Shown: piece after piece, positions 12,101 to 23,300 of the stretch
How the letters are laid out: every line of letters starts with the position of its first letter
How positions within the stretch are numbered: the first letter of the stretch is position 1
From: Tubulanus polymorphus
Lineage: Eukaryota; Animalia; Nemertea
Direction: 5' to 3'
Length of the DNA stretch: 64,000 nucleotides
NCBI RefSeq assembly: GCF_964204645.1
Contig: NC_134027.1
Coordinates: 10,138,485 to 10,202,484 of the forward strand
Translations under genes and position numbers: made by a program
Notes under the pieces: generated by a model
What the model was told of the DNA's origin: nothing
The model's input: only the letters and a program-made list of their open reading frames with translations
Databases searched by the model: none

Positions 12101-14741
12101 TGAAGGTTTAAAAACACAAGCAGTGAATTATGCGTAAAAGCACCATTCAGAGCTGACATTCCATTCGATAAAGAAAGTTTTTACAATGAAAGCATTTTTT
12201 GCAATATTATAATATAAGCCGGAGTGCCACTCGATTAACAAGTTTTCTGAACTTGGGACCAAGGGAGTGTTAATACATTAAAAGGCATCAATTTATTCTC
12301 TATATCACAAGAGGTGGGTCAAACAGAGAAATAAAACATTCACATGGATTGCTAGGTAAAAATCCCCAAATCTTCAAAGTAGGTAAAAATCTCCACTTGG
12401 CGATTTTTCAAGAACGCAAGATAATTCTCCAATTCTATTCATTAGCAATAAAACTACAATACATTTGAACTCTGCAATAAATTTTAGTATCAATTTAGTA
12501 TTAATGAACTGATAATCTGTAGCATTTTTCTAATTTCAATCATACAATAATTTGTATGCTCATGATGTTCTTTTGTTATAACTATAGTAAAATATGAATA
12601 CATTGAATCGAAAATTCATAAAGAATATGAATTTTTGATTGAATACATCAATATGAATAAATTGACCTTCAGATTGTATCTACTTGCACTCAAAGTCAAA
12701 AGGTGGGGGATTTTTACCTACTTTGAAGATTTGGGGATTTTCATTAACCCTTAAGCTTAAGTTCAGGTAGGTCGAAGAGGCGTTTTTATTGGGGCGCGAA
12801 TGCAACGACGACTCACCATAGTATTCCTCGCCTTCGTAGAAATCGAGGGCCTGATACTTGTATTCGCTGAGCAATATGAGCGCGAGTTTCCGATGCATGT
12901 AACTATCGCCCGATAACAGCAAGCACAAGTGAAGCGGCGTTTCGCCCATCGCCCCGCGTTGAAATATATCCCAACAGCCGCTGTGCTCTTCGAATTTGAT
13001 GAACCGATGAGGGAGGTTCGATTCGTAATCCGCAAGAATCTCGTCGTCGGGTCGTGAATCAACCGTTGCGTATCCCTGTAAAAGACAAGAACAGACGCAC
13101 AATTAATAATACATTTTACCCTTTCGGTGCTGACTAATAAATACCCTAAAGTACTGGAGATAATTTGAAAAAGTTTGAAAATTCCAGCCTAGTGCATCAA
13201 ATGACAGGCACCAGCTATAATGCGTCTACACCTTGGTGCGGTGTATCATTAGTTACTTATATCAAACTGTGTTTGACAGGAGCTACCATCTTTCATTAGA
13301 GATAAAAACGTTTACGAATTATATTAATATACGGCAGTGTGGTGTACTAGCAAAGTCCATCACCAATTTATACACCGCAATGCGGTGTAGATGCACTGAA
13401 AGGGTTAAGGATTGATGTAAATAGTAGGATTCTTCTCAAATACTTCCAGATATCTATATCAAACTCTTATCAGACTGCTAGAATAATTCGGGAGAATTAC
13501 GGAACCGTGCAACGATGATTAACGTTTAATATATACACGCATTTATGAACAAAACCATTTCTGCTTGGTCCAACAGTTTGGGCCATTACAACCGGTCTGG
13601 AATCGTTAGATTGACTTTACAACGAAGATGGGGTTAGACAGATGACCAACCGAAGCCTCGAATGGGCAACTGGACATGTTTTTATTCAGAAATGTTTATC
13701 GCCAATTATTAAATATCGTAATAAAAGATCTATTCCAGCCTGAGTAGGTATTAAAGGTCAGGGGTGGATGTGTATTGGGAAACCACCGTAGCAACAACAA
13801 ATTCAACCGCAACATCACTCAAGGCTTACTATCAAGGATCTCATCGAAATATAAAAATGAAAATACAAAGAGAGAACATTGATGCATGTCATCGCTACGC
13901 CCACTACGAATCACATGTCGCATGGCACATAGATTCCCATACATCATCATCACTCTCGACCACGACGAAGAGGAAGCCGGTGTTTCCGCATGTTCCGTCA
14001 CACGGCGACATTTTTTTTCATCGAACCGGTAACGCGCCGCGTGCCGTTATATATCGTCAACACAATTACGCGCAGGAAATAAGCCGCCGAAACCTCGCGC
14101 CGATCCGGCAACGGTTAATGCGTCGTCAGCGATGCCGGCCGGTTTATTGATCGACGTTAAGTGGGTAATTAACGAAGTCATATTTACTCGGAAAAACGCG
14201 TGATACGTGTGACGGACGACGACGCTGCAGCAGAACGTCATCTCGACTCGGCCCATTTTGACCACACGTACATAAGAAAGAATATGCCAATACTGCGATC
14301 TAAATGTTGTTGAAACTAAACATGCTCCCTTGGTGACCCATATTGTCAATCAACTATCATATATATTTAGTTAATTATAGAAAAAGTTTTCAGGAGAAAA
14401 TAAATCACATATCATATCACATCATATTCTGGTAATTCACCCCTTCTTTAGAGACGAATGATTGAGACACATCCTGCAAAATATCTTGAACAACCCAAAT
14501 ATTTATAAATCCATGTTTTCTGAAAAACGCAATTTGAATGAACTTGCTACTAAAAGGCCAAAATTAAGCGGGAGTCAGTCAATTTATAGTTTCAATTTCC
14601 CTCCTGTCGATTGCTTATTATTCCTAGTAGGCCTATCTAAATACTTCGTTTTCCAAATAATAATCTGTATATGTACGTATCATGATAATTTGTCATGAAA
14701 GAAATATTTCTTTGACAATAGTTAGGTTTTCTATGACAAAG

Positions 14742-14798
<57 letters not shown>

Positions 14799-15819
14799 CT
14801 CAGTCGATACTCAGTACTTTACATCGTTTTTACTAAGAGGATTAGCAGTCGCATTGTAATTGCTATTGCGTAATCCGATCATTGGATTTCAGGATTACGA
14901 TACTTTTTAAACATATTATCATCGAATCAATACTCAGGAGACTATTCAATATATAAGTGTCGGAGATAGCTTAACAAATCCTATCCTTGAAATAAATATG
15001 AGTAATCTTGCGACTGCGGTTTCATAAACCTTGCCATCTGAATCTATTCAGACGCTTAAACTATATAGGCCTACGTGTATGTTGTCATGAGTTTCAACCT
15101 ACAGAAAGCATAATACGAATCAAATAAACTTTCTAAGGAAAGAAATACACCGATTCAATTTGGTCCAATCAGGCCCAAATCTAATTTGGTCCCTGTTGTA
15201 TTAGAGAGCGTGTTCACACGTAAACCACTCTCTCAATATAAACAATGCTTAAACAGTGAAATGTGTCACATCCAGAACCAGTTACAATTCACACGCAATA
15301 ATTTGACCAGTGTTAAAATTTGGTCCGAGGTTTTTAGTCAGACCAAATTAGGATTGAGCCAAACAGGCACTGGCCAATTTGGCGCACCCACATGAACAGA
15401 TGTTGTTCTAGGCCTAATTGGGCACAGGCTCCTACGTGATCGTGGCTAGCGAAACTATGAATCGGTAATAAGTCTACGAAACTTAAGGCTAGGTTAAATC
15501 TTTCGGTCACGGAGCAAGACGTAATACCTACCAAAGCCTTCGACATTCGGAAGTTGATCCATTTCACCCATTCAACTTTACGTATAATTTGACTTTTTCC
15601 GCCGTTGTACAAATACGGCTCGAACGTATCGCGTATGATCTTCCGTACGGCCGCCTCGTCCGTCCCGCCTTTGAACGCGTCGACCAACGTGCCGCCTTGA
15701 TTCAAATTCACCAATCCGTACACGAGGTTTTCTTTCGCCTCCTTGTTTTGCTGTTTCCACGCCGTGTCCGGATTTGCTTTTTCTTGAAAGCACGAAATCC
15801 TCGACGTACATTTGCCCAT
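131..15819 (-). CDS. TRPV-family cation channel, OSM-9/Inactive-like (3' part lies beyond the left edge)
   Basis: Eleven GT-AG coding exons in consistent phase: 15819-15532, 13075-12817, 9093-8932, 8321-8167, 6049-5906, 5554-5473, 5006-4891, 3377-3264, 2799-2692, 2125-1974, 240-131. Ankyrin repeats ([57 protein letters not shown]), [13 protein letters not shown] linker, transmembrane helices and the S4-S5 linker [20 protein letters not shown], all typical of the nematode OSM-9 / Drosophila Iav group. Confidence 0.93.
2219..2467. mobile_element. MITE of the CAGGGGCGGATCCAG terminal-repeat family (hAT-like)
   Basis: Ends CAGGCACGGATCCAG...CTGGATCCACGCCTG with 5-bp TSD CTTCT. A partial related copy lies at about 45221-45402. 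Confidence 0.7.
3408..3548. mobile_element. Tc1/mariner-type MITE
   Basis: TA|CAGTCAAA...TTTACTG|TA; start resembles the copy at 34648-34800. Confidence 0.6.
3764..3927 (-). ncRNA. RNU1: U1 spliceosomal snRNA (164 nt), inside a TRPV intron
   Basis: Minus strand begins ATACTTACCTGG. It has stem-loop I, the U1A loop ATTGCAC, stem-loop III CCCCAAATGTGGG, Sm site AATTTCTGG and stem-loop IV GGGGGACTGCGTTCGCGCTAACCCCTG. Length matches canonical U1 and the stems remain paired. Confidence 0.97.
4361..4648. mobile_element. MITE, CAGGGGCGGATCCAG family
   Basis: CAGGGGCGGATCCAG ... CTAAATCCGCCCCTG inverted ends. Confidence 0.7.
6342..6479. mobile_element. PIF/Harbinger-like MITE
   Basis: Ends GGGCCAGTTGCA...TGCAACTGGGCC flanked by CAG on both sides. 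Related copy at about 18413-18538; sister family (GACCCAGTTCCACAG) at about 16050, 24332-24443 and 46840-47026. Confidence 0.6.
7206..7453. mobile_element. Palindromic Penelope-like relic with two minimal hammerhead ribozyme motifs
   Basis: Inverted arms of about 95 bp (about 7212-7304 and 7318-7410), a one-sided tail, and near-perfect 13-bp TSD TATTACCATACAA/TATTATCATACAA. Arm consensus: CCAC-CTGATGA-T-GGCTGTT(AGTC)AACAGCC-GAAA-CGTT-GTGG. Confidence 0.75.
7554..7755. mobile_element. MITE (Harbinger-like)
   Basis: Ends AGCCGTGATCAT...ATGATCGCGGCT; related copy at about 15207-15447. Confidence 0.55.
8543..8704. mobile_element. MITE (Harbinger-like)
   Basis: Ends GGGTCATTCATTTATTACGTACGCA...TGCGTACGTAATTAATGAATGATCCC. 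Confidence 0.6.
9190..9420. mobile_element. Degenerate palindromic Penelope-like relic with decayed hammerhead motif
   Basis: Imperfect inverted arms. Minus arm CTGACGA-AATGTGGT(AAAA)ACCACCC-AAAA-TATT; plus arm CCGACGA-AGGGTGGT. Has a TGTGAGATT/GAGGGATT motif like the TTGTGGGATT of the other two relics. Confidence 0.45.
9574..10361. mobile_element. Non-autonomous DNA transposon (Harbinger- or Kolobok-like)
   Basis: Perfect terminal inverted repeat (TIR) of about 40 bp, AGGCTGGCTTATGTCGACAAGCAACGCGACGCCTACCGAC, with TTA on both flanks. An internally deleted, inverted copy lies at about 52991-53152. Confidence 0.85.
11060..11460 (-). mobile_element. Possible decayed non-LTR retrotransposon ORF2 fragment
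   Basis: Translation [14 protein letters not shown]...LYSG...LKLDSL...EEEPF loosely resembles the region after the RT domain of I/Nimb-type LINEs; recognised from memory only. Confidence 0.3.
12359..12741. mobile_element. MITE with ~37-bp inverted termini
   Basis: AAAATCCCCAAATCTTCAAAGTAGGTAAAAATCTCCAC at the left; near reverse complement at about 12703-12741. Confidence 0.55.
13119..13404. mobile_element. piggyBac-like MITE (3 copies in window)
   Basis: CCCTTTC...GAAAGGG|TTAA; homologous to 23025-23302 and to the inverted copy at 63164-63432. Confidence 0.75.
14743..14794. repeat. (TA)n microsatellite
   Basis: About 26 TA units. Confidence 0.95.
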
Positions 15820-17436
15820 TATTTAATCGCCTGTCAATTCGGTAGTATTACGCTCTGCTGCGACGACGCTTTGCGTGTTCCGATTTCAGTAAACAACATT
15901 CTCCTGGAAAAAAAATACAAAATAAACAGTATTTCATATGATTAGATGTCATTTTCCATATGAATCACTTTATAAGGTTTCATAGGGCCAGTTCGTCAGT
16001 TTTTCGACAATTATTTGACTTTTTTAAAGACTTTAGTTCCACGATCAGGATCCAGTTCCACAGTTCTGAGTTACATTTGACTCTATAGAGTTGAAACATC
16101 GAAAATGAACTGATTTTACTCAGGGTTACAGTGGAACCTTAGTAATACGAATCTTGTGGGCGAAAGTTAAACCGTCGTATTAAACGGGTTTCATATGCAA
16201 ATCTAGATGGACATAAGAATATGTACAGGCTAGCTCGGACATTATGGAAATCATCGCGATAAACAGGTTTCGTCTTAGAAATAAACTGCAACCCATAGAA
16301 ACTGAACACTTTCAACTCCAGTGACTGAGTCTCTGATCAATGGCAATCGTAGCTGGACTCAGATCGACCGGCTTTACTGTACTGCGGAACTGGGTCTAAA
16401 AGTTTACGCCATAAACTAGCGACAACCGAGGTCTTATTATTATGGCGTGAATACAGTGCAATAAAAGCAATTGAAAGTTCTATAGTTTAACTCTTTGTAA
16501 CTCGACCCAGAACATCTATATTTTAACTTGAGAACAAACTTTATCCATAAACTAGCAAGTAAGGCCCGAATATAAGCACATGTTTAACACGACTGACACT
16601 TAGTGGGTTTTCTAGCTATTAGTCACAATCTTTACCTGTTTGCTCATTCGATAACTACCTCGTGTCCAACTACCTGTTTACTATTGAACGTCGAGGGCGA
16701 TATGACAAGGCAGCAACATTGTATTATAAAAAGCTAAGTATTATACGATGTGTAATACTAAATAGTGTACATGTACAGCAACTTACTGGGCAATCAACAA
16801 TTTATTTGATTAGCACTGTCAGATATCACCGATCAGCTCTCCACATCGAGGACAAAACAAACACGAATAATTACCCGACAATTCTTACGCTAAGAATTCT
16901 CCCTCCTGAAGTTGTTAGTTTGATTAACCATTCAAATAGAGACCGAGGTTTGTTTCCCGTTCAATCGATAAAATCGTCATCAATCTTTTTCGATGTTTGA
17001 CTCATGAGTTTGAGTAAAAATCTTTGATTTCAGGCAGTCGTTTGTTGGTACTATCAGATTCCGTAATAGACCCTCTGCCCAATTATTTTTTTTGGGTGCA
17101 ATAACTCATTACTAAATAGGTCCTAAAATGGCCCTAGTGGAAAGGTAATCGAACTAAATCATCGACTTTTAATCAATTTCAAATTGTATTGAAGGATGGT
17201 TTAAGTCCTCTTTCACTAAGAATACCTAGCTAAAAGAGACTCCATTCGATAATATAGACTTGATAGATATCGAACATGTTCATGTTTCCATGCCTACAAA
17301 CTGGAATCATTTTCAAATCATCAATATCATGGAATCATACTGGTTTAAACATCATAGGCCTAGCCTATAAATAATTGATTACCTACATTATATAGGAGGG
17401 AAGTTTCCAGGCGCCATTTTGAGGCGGTCCCACAGG

Positions 17437-17686
17437 TCCCGCATTGTTGGATAGATTTAACATTTTTAAACTAAAACCTTTAGCGCGATTCATTGTAGTC
17501 CATCCCTCTTTTGCTACAAAAATTTAAGTCATGTATCGTTAGAAAGGTAGGCCTAACAATTTCTATTTTCAGATGGTGTTTATTTTATTTTTCTTAAATT
17601 TTTGAAGCAAAAGGGGATCGACTAAAATGAATCGCACTAAAGGTTTTAGTTTAAAAAATGTTAAAATCTGTCCAACAATGCGGGAC
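17437..17686. repeat. Fold-back inverted repeat / MITE with ~92-bp arms
   Basis: GTCCCGCATTGTTGGA...AAATTTAAG and its imperfect reverse complement CTTAAATTT...TCCAACAATGCGGGAC. Confidence 0.7.
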
Positions 17687-19358
17687 TTCCCTTTTGTGTT
17701 CAATTGTAAATTATCCTTATCAGGGGCAAATCCAGGAAAAGGGTCCCAAAACTCCCATATATAGCCTACATATTGGCTAATGGGTGGTTGGGAGCCTGCC
17801 CCCAAAAAATTAATCATTTTCTAAGCACCTAGAGTAATAGGCCAACTAAGACCAAATTAACATGCAATAATGTGATCTCGATAAAAAATACAGCCTTGGG
17901 TCCCCCTAAATCCTTATGAAAAAAATTGTCCCACAAAAAAACCCAGGAAATATTACATAACAAGATTTGTAAATCTTATGAAGAGCTAAAAGGTCAATCT
18001 AGGCTTAAAAAATAACACAATTCAAAATTAATAATATCAAATGAACACCAAATAGGCGTAGATTACATTCTATGAAAAGTGTTTAGAAAATCGGCTTGTA
18101 CTCTGAAATAGGCCTAACTGAATAACTTCAAGCAAGTCCCTTTAGGGTATTCTTCAACCAAGCCTTACTTGTAGGTTTACAGTGTGTTAGCTGTCTACAC
18201 TTGAATATTTAATACCTAATCGAACTAGCCTAGTGGGATTACCACATAGTAAATTAATGAAACACGTGATTCATGAAATTGTCATCAATTCTTAAATGTA
18301 TATCAAGCAACAGGAATCGTGCTATCTTTCAGTTTTCCACCAATTATCTCTTGGTCTTTTCCAAAAAAAACAAAAAGAAAATTCTAGGTTATCTTTCAGA
18401 AGCAGGATCCATGGGCCGGTTGCATAGTCATGGCTTAGACTTAAGACCAGTCTAAGGCAAACTCAGTTCTATAGCCAATCTAACCAATCTTAAGATTTAA
18501 GACCACTTTTGGATGTAGGTCACGACTGAGTAACTGCATAGGCCTACCTATTTCATATTCAATGTTCTTAAGCTCCAAAACAAAATGAGCTTCAAAAATA
18601 TCCAACACCAAAGACTAAATACAGCCGGTCTACAAATGAAATTGTGGTAAAGAATCTTATTCTAGGTCTACATAGACTTAGGCCCTATTGAGAGAGAATC
18701 AATAAACATTTTTTTTTAATACCAGTAGGCCTACACGCAGAGAGAGTTTGGGAATAGAGAGTAAAATCCATAGGCCTACCTTGGCATAGCCTATCCGAAA
18801 ATTTAAAAGATCTTTTAAAAGATGTTTGTGTCATTTTTAATAAAAATGCCAAAAAATGATGTCATAGTATTACTATTAAAGTTTAATAATAGTGATTGTG
18901 CCTGTTAAGAACTTTTAAAATCACAAGGTAGGTAACGAGCGCACGACAACCGAAATCACAAATCTATTTCTTCACCAGAGGTAAATGACAACAGAAACAT
19001 TGAACCATACAAAATAAAGGATTCAGCTTACACTCTGATAATCCTATATCACATCCTGAGATAGTGCCAGTGGTTCTGGACCAAGAAGATAAGTTGATAG
19101 TCGAAACGATAATCACGCTGCGTATCCAAGCAGGGCAGTGCGCGTACGGCAGTTCCAAACGTCAAAATTTGGGTTCGAATCCTTTTTATTAGTCAGCCCA
19201 ACAAGTTGTATTTCTTCCAGTATTCTGTTAATATAGAGTTCATTTGTTTTCAAAATTGGTTTTCGTATTGTTTTTTTTTCAATTTACGAACCGTGCACAA
19301 CAAGATAATAAATGATACGTGGCAAGCATAGGGTTAAACAGAGCCGCCGCCGCAGCAG

Positions 19359-19380
19359 GTCACATGATTAAAAATGGTGG
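19359..19380 (+). promoter_or_regulatory. Candidate VAC14 promoter: GTCACATGA E-box (MiT/TFE- or USF-type) plus YY1-like AAAATGGTGG
   Basis: Motifs follow a short GC-rich patch (GCCGCCGCCGC) about 1 kb upstream of the VAC14 ATG, whose exon is preceded by a splice acceptor at 20380. Confidence 0.35.
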
Positions 19381-20397
19381 TCGTACTTGAAAATTTCTGA
19401 AACGATTTCGGTTTAAATTTCAAGGTTATTTTCCGTCACTTCTGTTCTTCTGAATGCTTATTATCAGCTGATTATTTATTGTATCCCTAAACTAGTTCTC
19501 TAATATCCGTCTTTTCCCAAAATGGATGATGTTGTAGGCCGATCTATGAAAAAATATAAGTCCTTTTAGTCTTAGTCTTATACTATAGACAGAGTTACAC
19601 TGTATTTAGAAGTTGGCCCCGACCCCGTTCCCCTGCCTACCTACCGACTGGTAGATTATATTGAATAGTTTAAGCCAAGTAGACAGACTAATAAAGTACT
19701 TAGATTTAGGTAGGCCCTACTTACTAGTAGTAGCGTAAGTAAGGACGGAATGCTGTCAAAAAGACCACCCACACTTCTCAAGTTGATACCATCATGTACT
19801 TAATTTGTTCTTAATCTTGGACCTCTTTGGTGTTTCTTGTATCTGAAATAAACAGGCTATGTTTATGCCACAGTGAAGGGACTATGCCTACACTGACTAG
19901 ATTTACGAGACTATTATGCCACAGTATCTTGTATACAGTATTGATATTATGATGGGTTAGGGTTAAGTTTAGAAAGTTAAGTGCTATATGCCTATTAGTT
20001 AGGCCTGTAACGTTCAGCCGTTAGCAACTAGCATCACTAAATAGTGACCTAGTATCAGGTCAGATGACTGATGGTCTTGGCCCATTAAATGTAGGCTAGG
20101 CCTATACCTATGCGAGGATACTAAGGTGAAAAGACTGGTCATCCAAATAATATCCCCCAGCATAGGCCTACAAGCTTATATCATCGACCTACCTATCATC
20201 TTCAACCTACATCCATATAATGATGATGATGTTAATGATAATCATGGGTCTAAAAACTTTATTCGATAGGCTAGGATTTGGGTGGTGACAGTGTTGGATC
20301 ATAGGCCTAAAGCACAAAATGAGCCGGGCTACTAGCATTTTTTTGGTTCAAATAAGATAATATCCTTTGTGTAATTGCAGCAGTTTAGTGTACAATA

Positions 20398-23300
20398 ATG
20401 AATGATAAAGATTTTGCTCCGCTGAGCGCGTCATGTGTACGAGCGCTGAATGACAAACTTTATGAAAAAAGGAAATCGGCCGCTTTGGAAATTGAAAAGT
20501 AAGTTTAAGTATCAGTAGGCCTACAGTAGTTTTGTTAGGGTTTATATAGGCAAAGATATGTTGGATATGCATGCCAGGTAGGCCTAATGCCTTTATGAAT
20601 TCATTGACGTGCTTATAATTTGATAATGAAAATTGACATTCGCATAGTGCAAAAATCCTGTTCAATACAGTTTGAATGATAATATTCTTTTCCCTCCACC
20701 AATGGACTATTGCGTTCACTTCATGTCACGTTCACGTCATCCTGTCCGTTGATAGATGGAATCCAGTTATTTTGAGAAGTTTTGAAGACGCTTAAATGGA
20801 TTGTGTTGATAGTTGGCTCATGCATGTATCTACCCAAGACATATCTGCACCCAAAAACTGGCCCGGTCAGAATCTAGAATTCTGGATCTGTAGCTTCCTA
20901 ATGGTTTGCCATTTTTCATTAAAATTTGTGATTGGTACATTCTGGGAAGGGATCTTTAGCATATCCGATGCATTTTGCCATCAGTCAATTATCACACAAT
21001 TGGCGGCCATCTTAGTGTCATCAGTCTTCATTCGTCGGTGGAAAAAAGTGGAAAATATCAAGGTTTTAATTAATAGTCTTCATATTACACTATCTTTTGT
21101 TCTTGCCACTAGGGGGAGTTTAATATTGAATAATATAGGCCTACAATTTGTCCATTTATATTAATACCTGTGCATATTTTTCAACCTTTTGGTTAAAGAA
21201 AGGCACGGGTTATTTCCATGGTCTCTTGTTGGTGCTATGCAGAATTTAGCTAATTGAGTGATTGGTTATTTTTCATTAAGGCCAGAGATAAAAGATCCTA
21301 TGGCACGAATCCAGTCGAGTCTAACCTGACCTTGCACTACGTTTTATAGAATGTGGCAGTTAGCACTACGCGTCGCATGAAATTTCGAAGTACTTCTATC
21401 AGTAGAGATAAGAACGAAAATATTTCCAACGGAATTGAACACCGTTGAAGTGAGAGCGAATTGATTGAATATCGTCAGCATTCGATAGTTGTGTATTACG
21501 TAACCAGTTATCGATAGATGTCTCGGCATTGTGGCCGGGATTTTGCAGACGTAATAGGATTTTTGTTTCATGTAACGTTCGATTGTAACGATAATGAGAA
21601 TATTTGCGGTGATGCCGACCAGCGATAACGCGCGCCGTATTAAATCGTAAAGACGTAAAATGTATCGACAAAATTAGCTCTGATCGGTAGGTATTTCACG
21701 CACGACGGTGCAACCTGAGATCTATTCTGAGCCGACGTCATTATTGAATGAACGGCAGATGGAAATCTGATGATTCAAATCAGATCGACAATTTTAAGAA
21801 TCTATAGTGATGATCAAAATGTGAGATGGAGACTTTGTGTTTTGAGGATTTTGTTACCAATTATTGAGATGTGATATTTCTTATTGAAGCTACGTATAAT
21901 CGATTCTGTACTAAATATGTATCTCTCTCAATAATTGGTAACTTAATCCAGTACCAGTCAGTTTGATACCTGATGACTGGAGTTTCATTGGTTTGTCATT
22001 GTCAAGCATTTCACCCCAGTAGGCATGGTGTCCCTCAACCCCTAGTATGTTATCTATTAACGTGCTTAACATTGTTCATCTTTTTCAGTGTGCTAAATAT
22101 TTCAACTTGATAAACGTTGTTTGTATTTTTCAGAATGGTCAAAGAATATGTAACGCTCAACAACACGAATCAGATAAAAAGATTACTCAAAGTTTTGGGC
22201 CAAGATTTTGCAAGTTCGACAAATTCTCATCCTCGAAAAGGTGGATTGATTGGACTTGCTGCTTGTGCTATCGCACTCGGAAGGGTAGGCTCGTCACTGT
22301 TATCACTCGGTTTATCTGTTATATACCTAACAAGGTTCATTCCTTAGAAAGACAGCGATGACTGGAACTTAAATTTGATCCTAGTTTGCCATCAATGGAA
22401 CACTGTCCGTGTTGAATGATAAGCCTTATGAGAATCTCACACTAGGAATAGAACAAAATGTCCAGAATGTTTCATACCTCTTCAGGATTACCAGTATTCT
22501 TTTATACGATGATCCTAGGTCACATTTCTACCGAATTTTTCCGAACAGTCTTGTAGTTTCTGAGCATCTCAATATTGAACGTTCTTCTGAATATTTTTAG
22601 GATTCTAGTCAGTATGTAGCTGCATTGGTGTCCCCGGTTTTGGCGTGCTTCAACGACCCAGACAGCAGAGTAAGGTATTACGCTTGTGAAGCGCTGTATA
22701 ACATAGTCAAAGTCGCTCGTGGATCGGTGCTGCAGTTTTTCAATGATGTATTTGATGGGTTAAGCAAGGTAACTGTTGTTGATGTAATTTTGGTCGTCAT
22801 CTACCGAGGCAATAGAATCGAGAACATTCTGTACCACGAGTCTGGCACCATCTCACCAGTGCATTACACCAGCAGTCTCCTTTGGTTCATGGAATTCTTT
22901 CATGACCTCTCAAACAAGCAATAAAAAGCAACTAGCTTTATAGCTGCAAGGCGCTTAAGAATCTATGCCAAATACAATTTAACTTTTGGATTATATACAT
23001 TTGATTTTATTGTGATCTGATTAACCCTTTCAATGCTGACTTATTAATACCCTGAAGTGCTGGAGATGATTTGAAAATTTCCACACCAGTCAGTTGTATA
23101 ACAGGCGTACCACTATAGTTCATCATCTACACCTTGGTGTGGTGTATTGTTAGTTACTTAGCACTACGTTTGACAGGCGCTGTTATCTTTTAAAAGAGGT
23201 AAAAACTAATTACTAATAACAGCAATATACTGCAATGCGATGTACTAGCAAAGTCCATCACGGATTTATTCAATGCTATGCAGTGTAGACGCACTGAAAG

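Noticed and set aside
19171-19182. Isolated B-box GGTTCGAATCC
   Set aside because: No A-box or cloverleaf; a single 11-mer is not enough for a tRNA or SINE call.
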